Source of the DNA: Eledone cirrhosa
Lineage: Eukaryota
Assembly: GCA_964016885.1 (NCBI GenBank)
Contig: OZ024747.1
Location: 41,974,001-42,038,000, forward strand
Reading direction: 5' to 3'
Length of the DNA: 64,000 bases
This document shows, in pieces, positions 37,901 through 50,738 of this stretch. The notes beneath the pieces are model-generated. The model did not search any database. It was not told where the DNA came from and saw only the letters and a program-made list of their open reading frames with translations. The first letter of the stretch is position 1. The number at the start of each line of letters is the position of its first letter. Both the position numbers and the translations under genes were made by a program.

Positions 37901-38043
37901 AGTTTGGGTAGATATGTACAGCAAGAATTTGATGAAAATGCCAAGCAAAGTTTAAAGAACTGTGATACTAGTCACAGCCCAGGAAGCAGTAACAGTGCCA
38001 TCCGAGCTCGTGCAGGAAGTTGTGAATCTGCAGATAAAACAAG
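37901..38043 (+). CDS. TSC2: TSC2 exon (SLGRYVQQEFDE...RARAGS...)
   Basis: ttttag/gtaaga; RxRxxS at the position of human RARSTS939. Confidence 0.9.
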
Positions 38044-38930
38044 GTAAGATTTATATTGACTGCAAACAAAGCTATCTTGGATAATGACCGAAAGATTATA
38101 ATCATGAATGCAAGCAGTTAAAATGGGGTTTCTCCAAAGAGTCTTTAAAGTAATGTTACTTGATAGGGTGCATAGCTCAGAGATCAGAGGGTCAGAGTGG
38201 CTTCAGGTAGAGCCACTACTTCTCTGAATCAAGAGATCACAGCACTGGAATTACAAGCATGTTAGAATGTCTAAGGAAAGAATAGCAGGACAGAGTTTAC
38301 AGGCAATGCCAACCAGTAGGAGACCCAGAAGTAGACAGTGGACATGATGAGTGGATAACATCCATAACCTCAGTTGATCTCGTTTGGGGATCTAGCTGGA
38401 TCATTTGGTGATGACTGCTTCTGATAGGACCCTCTGGATAGTGTATCTGGGGATACTGTTCATATGACTCTCTCAGAAATAAGTGGGTTTAAGAAAAAAA
38501 GAATCCATTAATCTATTGGGTTTGAAGTCATTACTCTGAAGACATTGTCTTTGCAAGCATAGCTCTGGAGTTAAGAGGTTTATTTCACAGCCACATGATC
38601 CTAAGTTTGATTCTACTGCACAACACCTGGCACAATTACCTTTTATTACAACCTCAGGTTGACCAATGCCTTGTCAGTGAAATATCTGTATCAAGCTTAA
38701 ACCATTTTCATGGTTGAATGGAAATTAAATTCCATGTTTTTATAGATGAAGACACACACACAAACACACCAGTGCATGTGTTTTTATTAACAGTATGACA
38801 CTCCCAAAATACAGCAATATTTCAAAAACAAAAATAACCTTATTTATTTATTCACTCTCATGTAAAAATGAAATAAAAAAGAAAAGTTCTCTGTTAATTA
38901 ATAGTTTCTATTTCTTCATTATTGATTCAG

Positions 38931-39083
38931 GAGGCGTTTTAAACTTGGATCGTCTTTACAAGAGTCTTCAACTAACCTGCCCATCAATGAGAAAACACAT
39001 CAATTTCACATGGAGCTAACTGAAACCTGTGTTGACATGATGAGTCGATACACTCACGCTAATTTCGCTGCTGTCCCCAAAAG
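38931..39083 (+). CDS. TSC2: TSC2 exon (...FHMELTETCVDMMSRY...AVPK)
   Basis: ttcag/gtatgg; ELTETC.DMM.RY motif. Confidence 0.95.
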
Positions 39084-39920
39084 GTATGGCTTTTTATTAT
39101 ATTTTACCCCCTACAGAAGTGTGACTCCATCCCCTCTCCCATCAATACCTCACAAGTGCTGGAGCCACGATATTTATGCACCCAGTTAACCCTGTAAAGT
39201 GGTAATGCTGGTGTCATGAAAAGCACCTATTCCACACTGTAAAGTGGTAGTGTTGGTGTGCATGATAAAAAGCACCCAATCCACTCTGTAAAGTGGTAGT
39301 GCTGGTACCACAACAAAAAGCACATAGTCCATCCCGTTAGGTAGTAGTGCTGTGGTTATTATAAAATGCTCTCGGTACAAGCTGTAAAGTGGTTGGTATT
39401 AGGAAAAGCATCCAGCTATAGAAAACCAAGCCCCAAACAGATCATATAAGCAAGACATGGTCACTTGATCTCTCTAGCCTCATAACATTACAGCCAATTC
39501 AACCATGGAAAACTGGACATAAAAGAATGATGATGATGATGAGCCCTGTTCATACCAACCTACTCAAGATCCTATTTATATTAAGCATTCAAACAATTTT
39601 AGATAAACATTTAAGTTGTAAGCTACAAATACCATCTTAATAATGAAATAATTTATAATTTTAGTAGATTTCTTCAAATTCTTCATTAATTAATTAATTA
39701 AAATACAATTTATTTCAATAGAAATATAGACATAAAAGGATTGAATTGTTGCTATCTGCCAAGAAGGCAATTGGCAGATTGCATCAGCAACGAAAAGATC
39801 TATGAAAATATTTTTGTTTTTCGTCTGATCTGCCGATTAGCTTCTTTCCTTTTCTTTCTTTTTATTGTTACTCTAAAATATGCCCCCAAATTTACTGTGA
39901 AAAATCTTTATATATATATA

Positions 39921-40117
39921 TAATTAGAAAGTGAACAACTCAAAATATAACTACTCCATTACCAAAGGTTTCTGGATCCCAGACAATATTAATATATGTC
40001 TGGATCGGTCGTCAGACAGAGATGTTATGGATAATCTATAACATTTCTGTCTGATGACCGATCCAGAAACCTTTGATAATGGAGTAGTTATATTTTGAGT
40101 TGTTCACTTTCTAATTA
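39921..40117. repeat. Fold-back inverted repeat with hammerhead motifs in both arms
   Basis: 39921-40029 pairs with ~40037-40117 apart from one hairpin indel. Confidence 0.85.
39954..40021 (-). ncRNA. Type I hammerhead ribozyme motif (Penelope-like)
   Basis: CTCTGT-CTGACGA-CC-GATCCAGAC-loop-GTCTGGGATC-CA-GAAAC-CTTTG-GTA-ATGGAG; stems I, II and III can all form. Confidence 0.65.
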
Positions 40118-40187
40118 AATAGGTCTGTTCTATACATAGATCATTCTTTTTTTCCTTTGCTTTTCCTTCGGAATTACCTAAAACATC

Positions 40188-40220
<33 letters not shown>

Positions 40221-40269
40221 TTTCTTTTTTATTCATTTATTGACAATTTTCTTTTTTGTCTTCTTGTAG

Positions 40270-40703
40270 ACCTCCTTTGATAGAATTTTTACTAGCTGGT
40301 GGTCGCTCGAAATCCTGGCTTGTTGGACACAAGATCATTTCCATAACCACAAGTGGGGGTGGTAAGAAAGTCGGTTCACTCGGAGTCTGTGAGAAATGTA
40401 TCTTGCTGTATAGGCAAGCCTGGGAAGATAGTTCAGCAAAGAAAGCCAAACATACAGCAAAGGAGAGGCAGCGTCATAAATTGGCTGCATTATATACTCG
40501 CAGCAACAGTCATATTGAGCAGACACATCATAACACACACAATAGCATTGGCTCAGAAGATGGTGTGGGAGAAAAGAAACGAGCAGTTGATGATATGGGG
40601 TTGCCGGATTCAGAACAGTCAGTTTTTTTAGACGAAAACGATCCTTTGGTTGAAAACCAGAACATGAAAACTTTTTTTCCATCTAGTCCACATATCCTTC
40701 CAG
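40270..40703 (+). CDS. TSC2: TSC2 exon ([28 protein letters not shown]...HILP)
   Basis: ttgtag/gtaagc; matches [24 protein letters not shown]; phase 2-1. Confidence 0.92.
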
Positions 40704-42549
40704 GTAAGCTGAATTTAGAAAATTTCTATGTAGAAATATTAGTGAAGGAGTAAATTGTTTTTCAATACTGGTACAACACCTTTTTTCTGGCAACTGATGA
40801 TCTGGTACCTCTTTTTTATCATCATCATCATCATTGCTTAATGTCTATTAACTCTGCTAGCAAGGGTTGGCTGTGTTGTCAGAGATCGATCAGTACTCAA
40901 ACAAAGCCACTGACCCCTAGTTTGGCTGGGGGCATGCATCCTATTTACATATGTTCCTATACTCTATCAATTGTTCTGACAAGTTGGAGGTTTAATGTAT
41001 GATTCTGTGCTCTACTGAGAGCATTTTATCATGACACCAACACTAGGGCAGTTATCATGTCTATGACACAGGTGAAGAGTCATCCTGACCCTTTGTTTGG
41101 CAGGTTTTCTACAGCTGGACGCCTTTCCTGTCACCAACCACTTTAGAATGTACTGGATGTGTTTATCGTATAGATATTATTAGTAGGCACTTGAATTTCC
41201 CATAACCCACTAAGTTAATTCAACATCATCATTGTTTAACATCCATTTTCAACACTTGCTAGTTGTCACATTATGAGATAATTCAGGCCAGGAGCCACAT
41301 CTTGCTCATAATATTTAATATTAATGGCATAATATTTAATTGTAAACCTTTGCACCTTCGTATAATTTAAATTGAGGAATGGGGTGTAAGTTTTTCACTT
41401 TGAAACATGTTTCTAATGAAATATTATATGGTCTAGCAAAACAGATACCAGGCAGAGGTTTAGGACTATGGCTGACAATAAATCAGTGATATAGCTGTAT
41501 TTAATTTTGTGTGTTGCTTTATGTTATGAGGTGTGTACAGTATTGTGTATTTTGTGTGTCTGTGTGTGAGGTAAGTTCTTTCTGTTAGTGTACATCAATA
41601 GTCTTGTTTTGTTATGGGGTTTAGCTTTTTGATTTTAATGTTATATTAGTGTTTGTTCTGCTGTCCTGTAACAACTGGAGTTGTAGGGGTGCCATATTGA
41701 CATATGGCATTTCTTAGGCATTTTAAGTCTGGTGGAGCCCATCTCTCACTAGGCTTGAGTATAGCAGATTTCTTCCAGAGAAGGATAGATTGAGATATAG
41801 AGGAAGAATCAACCCCAGTACTAGACTAGTACTCTTTTTATCGACCTTGAAAGGATGAAAGGTAAAGTTGAACTCAGAGAGTGAGAATGAAAACTGCAAA
41901 GCACTCTATGCAATGTTCTAACAACTCTGCCAATTCACTGCCTATTTTATAGGTTGTGTGTAATATGAGTTGTGTTATTTTATACGGTGTTTATTATATA
42001 GGGTGTGTGTTGTACATGGAGGTACTGTTTGACTTGTGCTATTGAATTTCTGGCAATAATTTGGTCAGAAGACTCAGCGATATCTCAGTGTGCATATGTT
42101 TTTTTCTCAAGTTCTTGATTATTGTGACTGGATGGTTTGCCTTCATTTCTTTGTCGGTTTTTTAAGGCATATCCCAAACATCTTGGACAAGTTTCCATTT
42201 ACACTTTCATTTGTAATACATTGATGCCAGTTTATGTTTTGTACAACCTTAAGCATTTTAGTGTATGCATCGCCTTGTTTCTTTTCAAGTGCTTGTATCA
42301 GGGTCCATGTACCGGATACATACAACAACACTAACTAAACAGATGTTCTGATTTTGATTTTTTTTCTGGGTATATCTGACTTCTAAATCCTTTCCATTTT
42401 GTTCATTGCAACCCAGACTTTGGAAATTCTAATGTCCTTTGATGAACTCATCCAGCTGCCCAAATTTAGCTGTTAGAATGTCCTTTATCGTAGATCTTTA
42501 TCAAGGTTCAACAACAATGACACTATAATGATCCTAATAATGATAATTA

Positions 42550-42707
42550 TGGGTAAAATTCCATTATAACGAATACCATTATAACAAATTTTTCAGTACA
42601 AAATTTTTTTTAAATCCTCAGCCACAAGCTCGATGTGTTTTGGTTGATGTCGTTATAAAATAATTTTTTTTATACCCTATAAATTTCGTTATAACGGAAT
42701 TTCTCTG
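42550..42707. mobile_element. pogo/Tigger-like MITE (inverted homolog of 60584-60748)
   Basis: TA flanks; (C)GTTATAAC repeats in the termini. Confidence 0.65.
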
Positions 42708-42729
42708 TATTATAATAATATATTTCCAG

Positions 42730-43077
42730 AAGAAAAGAGTTCATCATCTTCCAATACGATGTTCTTGCCAAATCAGTGCAACTGTTGGACTATTGGTTGG
42801 GCTGAAGTACGGATTCGTTCTCCTAGCGGTAGTATTTCGTGGATGATGCGGATTGAGAACAGCCTGAATCCTTACAGCTGCCCCAGTGATCTTCCAGTAG
42901 CTGACATCAGTGTTCTTCAGATACCTGTACAACAGCAGAGTCAGTTCTTCAAGAGTCGCGAGAAATACAGTAGTGGCACGTTTAGTGACGACGAATATGA
43001 GAACCATTCCACACAGCACACATCTTTAGATCAGGAACTAAAACACCACAGAAACACAGATTTTACTAATAAAGAAG
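42730..43077 (+). CDS. TSC2: TSC2 exon (...CNCWTIGWAEVRIRSPSGSISWMMRIEN...)
   Basis: ttccag/gtaaca; matches GWAEILVRRPTGNTSWLM; phase 1-1. Confidence 0.93.
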
Positions 43078-43769
43078 GTAACATATATTCCCTCCCTTTC
43101 TCTCTCACTCACTCCCTTTCTCTTTCACACTCGCTCACTCCTTGTCACTGGTGCTAAAAAGGTTGTCAAATGTAGAAGTATTAAACAGTTTCCTCTACCC
43201 TGTACCAGTTTTTATTAGAAGTGTATTCTGCAATGCAGCTTGCGAAGTCCATGTCTCAATCTTGGATTCTGTGTTTCATCAATGTAGGGAAATGAGCAAC
43301 TTTAGTTATAGAATGAGTTTAACATAGCAATCACTCTACATTCTTCAGTCCATATATTCAAATTCTACTGACCTGAACTTGGCTGTTCTTCATGTGTGAA
43401 GAGGTGAGAATAAAATAAGGATTAGTTAAGGAATGTACTTCAGTCAATTTAATCAATTGTTTCCACCACCACCACCACAGAATTTGTGACATCACTTCAA
43501 TATTAGGAATCAATATTTTCCCTCTCATGACAGTATCTCTAATGAAATGCACTTTATTTCTGTTAATTAATAAAGAATTTTGAACAATTTACTAAAATTA
43601 TTAATTATTTCATTACTAAGATGATACCTTGTCATTAGTTCTGATATAAAGTTTGTTAGAAGTAACCCTAATTCCTAAATTAAAAATGAGTGGTTTTGTT
43701 TCATAGAACTAGAGCTGGTTTTGGCCAGTTTGGTATCAAAACGGTTAAAGAATTTCTTTTGTTTTTTAG

Positions 43770-43846
43770 ATGCAACAGCTTCCAGTCCTGAAGAAGAGGA
43801 GGCAGAAGAGAAGAAGAAATCTTCAGGTAGCAATGCTCAGGAACAG
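43770..43846 (+). CDS. TSC2: TSC2 exon (ATASSPEEEEAEEKKKSSGSNAQEQ)
   Basis: ttttag/gtaagc; phase 1-0, restores frame. Confidence 0.8.
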
Positions 43847-43872
43847 GTAAGCATCAAGTTTTAGTTTCATAT

Positions 43873-44145
43873 TTGCTGAAGCATGGAACACACTACCTGC
43901 ATCAGTTATTAGCTGTCGAGACACTGCATCCTTTAAAACCTCCATGCTTCCTGAGATTCTCCAACACTACACCTAATATTCCCCCTCCATACACATACAC
44001 ACATGTATATGATGACTCATGCACTGTTCACTTCCCTGACATTTGTATATTATTCTATGTACTATACATGCACCTTTGACGAGTTGTAGAGCACCTGAGC
44101 ACTGTACACAATAATTTCATCATCATTATTATTATTATTATTATT
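43873..44145 (+). mobile_element. CR1-group LINE extreme 3' fragment
   Basis: Matches 24827-25086; (TTA)n tail. Confidence 0.9.
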
Positions 44146-44832
44146 TCATCTGAAATTCTCTATAAATCTATTTTTATTTCACATGTAAATTTTGTTATAT
44201 AATTTTATATACCAGTAAGCATGTAGCCTAGTGGTAAGAGTGTTGGACTTATGATCATAGTGTTGTGGGTTCGATTCCTGTGTTGGGTTGCATGTTGTGT
44301 CCTTGAGCAAAACCCTTCATTTCATGTTGCTCAGCTGAAAATATCGGCAATAGCTGGGATGGAGGGGGGTTTAACCCTGCAATGGACTGACATCATGTCC
44401 AGAGGGGGGGGGGGGGGTCTTGTACTCTCAGTTGCTCCATGCTACGAAACAGCGATAAGCGCCAGCCTAGCGAGCCTTAAATGGCTTCAGACAGACTTTA
44501 CTAGATAGACCATTAGATATTGTCAGAAATGGAAAGACCAATGGAAACATTGTTTCCTTGGTCCAATTCGGTAACTTGTTGATTCAGTTATATATATATA
44601 TATATATATACCTTGTCATCATCATTTCTGCTTGTTCTATGCATGCATGCTTTCTACAGTCAGATACTCTTCTAGACACCAACTGGTACCTTATGTTTTT
44701 AAGTATGGTATATACCACTAAACATTTGTCAGCTATTCTGCAGGACATGTTGTTTACAGGATGTAAACAATGTCACAGTTCACCTTTTATAAGTTATGTC
44801 GATTTGATACATGTAATGATTGGCACATGCAT

Positions 44833-44995
44833 ACCACCACCACCACCACCGCCATCACCACTACTACTATCACCCAATCACCACCACCACCGCCACTACT
44901 ACTATCACCCAACCACCATCACCACCACCACCACCACCACTACTACTATCACCCAACCACCACCACCACCACTACAACTATCACCCAACCACCAT
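44833..44995. repeat. (CAC/CTA)n low-complexity tract; a similar tract lies at 50567-50740
   Basis: Trinucleotide repeats. Confidence 0.9.
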
Positions 44996-45030
44996 ATCTA
45001 TAATATAGACGTTGTTCTTGTCTATTTCAG

Positions 45031-45477
45031 CAGGGAGGCAACTCAGTTGAACCGAAAGTGAAAATGTTGAAGAAGAGCACATCATCTCCATCTCTGTTGT
45101 CTGTGAGTAACAGCTGCAGTAGTAGTTGTGGGGGTGGGGCAGATGCTACACTTGAACCAGGTTGTGTCAGATCAGGCTTACGCTCAAAGGACAGGCAACT
45201 TAAGGGCGCTTCTACAACAGACAACAGCTTGGCATCGGCACTCACTCGAGTGAGGCCTGTGTCTACTGCACCAATGGAAGTGTCGGCTGCTGGCAGCGGA
45301 AGTAGGTATTTTGAGGACTTATTGCGAAGTATAAGACGACAGTTGAATCTGTCGACTACGAAAACAGACTCGCAATTTGATACTAACCAACAGAATCAGA
45401 CAACCGGTCAGTTTTATCATCAGCAACCAGTCACAGCACCAGTTGGCTCCCAGTTACTCAGTCATTCTTCTTTCCCA
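45031..45477 (+). CDS. TSC2: TSC2 exon (QGGNSVEPKVKMLKKSTSSP...SSFP); 3' end less certain
   Basis: tttcagcag tandem acceptor, gttagt donor; LKKSTSSP resembles human LSKSSSSP. Confidence 0.72.
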
Positions 45478-48400
45478 GTTAGTACATATATAGTTTGCCT
45501 GTTGATGTCTTCAATTTTTGTCTAGTGTAGTTGCCATCTCATTTTATTTTTATTATATTAGATTTTCTTTACGTTTTGCTAAGTTTCGGTATTGTGTATG
45601 TGTTCTTTTCGGTTCTTTATACATTATTGGTGTTGTTAGTGTTGTTGGTGTATTTTAAAAATGCTCTGTTCAGCTTTATTTTTTTATTTTCTATCACAAT
45701 TTGTGAACAATATCATACCTCGTTGGTTACAGATTGACAACAGAACATTTTCAATAGGACTCTTCATTTAAAGAACACTATTTTATGACCAATGTTTACA
45801 TTCTTTGCCAATATATATATTGATTTACATTGGTGAAAGATGTATAATAAATGTATGTGTCTGGTCCTGTGACTCCTCAGAGTTGAAGGGGTGCTGTATT
45901 GACAGACAGTGTTTCTAGAACATTTTTTTAACCTGGCAGAGCCCTTCCCTCTCCAGGTTTGAACACAGCATATTTCTTCCAGAGAAGGATTGAGAGAGGG
46001 AGAATGGAAGTGAGAAAGTGATATAGAGGAAGAACCAATCCCATTGCTTGACTGGTGCTTTTTTTATCAACCTCGAAAGGATGAAAGGTAAAGTTGACAG
46101 AGAGTGGAAATGAATACTGCAAAACATTAAATTCGCAGCCTATATATATATTTATATATTTCTCTGAGAGAAGGTCGCTCTGATATAAAACCTGCGACTT
46201 CGTTTCCACCCAATGATGTAACCAGTTCTTTTGGGGCAAATGCATTCGATGTTCAGAGAGTGGGATTGGCCCCATGCAAAGCCTTTCTTCAATTAAAAAA
46301 GGAGAGAGAGAGATTACATAACTATGGTGTCATTTAGGTTCAATTTTTTCTCTGGTCGTTTGTTTCAGATTTTCACTGAGACAGGCCCCAGTTCTTCAGC
46401 CTATTTTGACTCCATTTTAGTGTATTAAATATCTATGTACCATCACTCTTTCCATAGGTTGAGTGATTTAAGAAAATAACACTACACATTATGTGTGTGT
46501 GTAGCTAGCTTCTGTACAGTTTCTGTCTACTAAATTCTATTTGCATGTTATTAGTCAAGATACTTGTGTATGGAACTGCACTATAGTATAAAACCTATGA
46601 CTATGTGGTTATGAAGTAAACTTCTTAACACAAACCATGCTTTTGTTTAGATAGTTTTATGGTACAGACATAGCTGACAAAATAAATCATTGGGTCAATG
46701 TTTTTAGCTATTGCAGTTCCAACTTGATTTTGGAACATGATGTCCAAACTTAAAACTCTAGTTATTTATTTGGTTTTCATTTTGATAACGGTAAGTAGTT
46801 TGTTGAGGGAGATTTAGCTGCTATATTGAGTATATCAAATGTCAATGTTAAAACTGTAATTCTTGGTATCTGAATCTCCTCTCATCTCTGTTGTCTTTGC
46901 TGTTTGTGTCATCACTATTACTCTCTCTCTTCCATTTGGACATCTTTTCCTTATTTTTGTTTGTTTTAATTTTAGTTATTTTCTTTTACCCTTTTCTTTC
47001 ATTGGTTTATTTGTAGGCTACTATAAATTGTGAAGGTGCATGACTTGGTGGTTAGAACATTCAGCTTACAAATTTCAGGTTGTGAGTTTGATTCCCGGAC
47101 CAGGCAGTTTGTTGTGGCCTTGAACAAGTCACTTTATTTCACATTACTCCAGTTCACTCAGCTGCAGAAAGGAGTTATGACGTCACTGGTGCCAAGCTGT
47201 ATTGGCCATTGCCTTTCACTTGGACAACATCAGTAGGGTGGAAAGTGGAGACTGGTATAAATGGATTACTGCTGATCTTCCATAAAAATCCTTACCCAGA
47301 CTTTGTGCCTCAGAGGGGGAACTTTCTAGGTGCAAATGCCATGAACATTCATGACCGAAGAGGGTCTTTACCATCTCCCTCTAGTAGAAATTACTGAATA
47401 ACTGGAGGACCAAAGACTAGTTTATTGTTTCACTGTTTTGTTATCAAATTCTAGTGAATTTCAACTTTGCCTTTTATCCTCATGTGAGTTAATATAGTAA
47501 ATAACCTGTAATATACTGGGGTTTATTTAGTTGACTACACTCTCTCCTTAATCCAGTTATCTATACTTCTCCTGGTTTCTAAGAAAGATTTTACTTTTTA
47601 CTAAATTTTGCAATGTAAGAGGAAATGTAAAATCTAAAGCTTTTGTAAATTTTCTTGAAGACAAAATAGCCAAGTATTTAAATAATAGATGCTATATCAA
47701 TAGGAATTCATATTACACTTTTTAAGTAATTAACAACTCGTTATTTCCTTCATTTGTAATTACCGTACAGTTCCCAATAATCATAGAGGGCATTTTAATT
47801 AGAAACAACATCCAATTTAGATATTTGTATTTTGAAAAGTGTGGACCCCATCGCAAACGTCCATAATAATTGTTGAGAAAATACAGTAAAGTACCCCTGG
47901 GAACAGAAAAAAACTGGATAGATGTTGGGATGCACAGATTTTAAATTTCACATTTTCCCAAAGCTTCCTAATCAACCCCATCGTTTGATATTTCTATTTT
48001 CATTTCATTAAATTTACTAGTTTTCTTTCAAAGAACCATTAAATGATTATGTTCTAATTAGGTATATTTTACATTCATTTATCCTGGCAAACTCTTAAAT
48101 CTCTCTTCTTTATCTAGTGCTTTCTACTGAAGACAGTACCCCAGCATGGTTGCAGTCAAGTGACTGAAACCAGTAAAAGAAGAAAAAAATCAATCAACCT
48201 AACATGGTAGAAGAGATCATACCTCCTTCTACAGAATGTGTATTTTGGGTTTATTTGTTAGTTAGATAAAACCACATTAGCAAGACATTAAACATTTTTT
48301 TTTTTTTCTCCGAAACTTCAAATATTCTTAATGATCTGTCCACTAATAAATATACTGTAAACATTTGAATTAACAAACCACATAAAACCACATCAGCAAG

Positions 48401-49764
48401 ACATTCTTGAAAAGTACAAAATGGCGCTATAACTGTATCACATTAATAATTAAAATCTTTTCTATCTCATACTGCAAATTTTTACTATGATCTGTCAACT
48501 AGTGAAGATACTATAAACATCTGAATTAACAAATTTGGTTTTAGATATTTTATACTAAATTATTACAGGATGTTAATGTCCTCTAAACTGGGAAACCTGA
48601 CACTCACACACTCTCACACATGCACACACTCACACATAATTTATAATTTATTTTAATCTATTTTTTATAATTTACTTTAATCTACTCTGCATTTAAATTT
48701 CTTTTCTTTTTTTTATCTTTTATTTTATATTCTTCTGTCAGTTGTAGCATGTATTTGTTGTTTTATTTCTTTATATTATTATTATTATTATATATATATA
48801 TTGGGGGGGGGTTCTAATTTTAGTATAAGGCCAGCAATTTTTTGGTGGTGGGTACAATTATATCGACCCCAGTATTTGACTGGTACATAATCTTATTAAA
48901 CTCGGGAGGATGAAAGGCAATGTTGACCTTGGGTGGATTTGAACTCAGAATTTCATTGCCTTTCATCGTTCTGGGGTTGATAAGATAAAGTACTAGTCAA
49001 GTAGTGAGGTCAATATTATCGACTTTCTTCTTCCCCCATATAGCTGGCTTTATGCTAATATTAGAAAGGATTATTATAACTATAATTATTATTATTATTA
49101 TATATATGTTGGATTGTATTGATTACATTAACCCTTTCACCAACGAAACAATCTTTAAATCAATCACATTGTCATGTCCTTGAGTTATTACAATATCAAC
49201 ATAGATACATTGAAGATAATTGTTTTAATAATTCTCAGTGATTTCTAAACATTACACAAATAATGTACATATGTAAGGAACTCTTATGAATTGGCTAACT
49301 GCCTGTTTTCATATTTTCTAGTTGTGAAAGGATTAATCTCTTATATTATATAATAATTTTAAAAAATATTCTGTTGATATAAAATATGTAAACCTGTAGA
49401 TATATTATATATATTTTTTAATATTATCTTAATATTGTAATATTTATATTATTTCAATTTAAAGGAAATAATAATGGAAATGATTAATCTAATTCACCGT
49501 TATTCAAGTTGTCAATTTGAAACAAGTTTTAAATTTATTTGTTAAAACATTGTAAATCAGTAACTTTTAGTTAATTATATCATCATCATTTTTATATACA
49601 TACATACATAAGATGCTGTCTGAAGAGGACCTGTCCCACCCTTGCAAACAGGAAAAAGCGGGCGTAAAATGATGATATATATTATCTGATATCATCATCA
49701 TCATCATTATTTTACGTTTGCTTTTCCCTGTTTGCAAGGGAATATATATTAATATATATTATAT

Positions 49765-49796
<32 letters not shown>

Positions 49797-49993
49797 GAAT
49801 ATGTAATGAAGTCTTGTTGAGATTGGTAGATTAACAACATCACTAGAGCATTGTATAAAATACAAAACAAATATTTTATGAATTGTAATAAGAAATTTGT
49901 GATATTAAACTTAGAAATTAAAAAAAATGAAATGTATTGAAAACTATTTTAATGAAACATTCTCACCATTAACAATTTTTTCAAATGCTTCAG

Positions 49994-50392
49994 TATTCTC
50001 AGTCACAGCTGCAACAAATCCAGCCAAAGCGCCAACAAACTCCACCTTTGCCAATTCCCAGTAGTTACTATAATGATGACCCGGGATATAGACCAAGATT
50101 AATGAGTATGAAGGTCGCACCGACTCACGTGGATCCTGATGATTTCGATGAGCATGGTTCCTTAGAATCCATTGTTCCACACAGGCCACGTGGTCAGACG
50201 ATATCGATTCCATCACCGCACCACACCTACCAGACCCTAAAGAAGGTGCAGCAAGACAGTCAACAGAAAGCAAAGGAGGAGAAGGATGAAGTGAAGGGAG
50301 GTATTGATCCTAGCTTTGTCTTTCTCCAATTGTATGATGGCTTAATATGTTTGTCCTCTCCTGACATTCCTCTGCTGTTGCCCAACAATCAG
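49994..50392 (+). CDS. TSC2: TSC2 exon (YSQSQ...RPRGQTIS...GIDPSFVFLQLY...LLPNNQ)
   Basis: cttcag/gtgagt; matches RPRGYTIS and GINPSFVFLQLY. The acceptor could instead be the in-frame CAG ending at 50002. Confidence 0.9.
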
Positions 50393-50738
50393 GTGAGTTT
50401 CATCATCATCATCATCATCATTATTTTTATGTCCATTTTTCCACACTTGCATGAGTTGGACATTTCTTCAAATATCAACTTCTTTGAACTAGACATAAAT
50501 TAGACAGCATAAAGGCTCAAATTCATTGTTTATTGATATATGAGTAGTTAATGGTCTGTATTATATCACAACCACCGGCACTAACACCATCACCACCACC
50601 ACCATCACCACCACCAACACAACCACCGCCACTAACACCATCACCATCACCACGATCACCACCACCACCATCACCATCACCACCACCACAACCACCACAA
50701 CCATCACCACTACCACCACAACCATCACCACCACCACC

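Noticed and set aside
44558-45008. Pro/His/Thr-rich ORFs (also 50551-50772)
   Set aside because: (CAC)n low-complexity intronic repeats.
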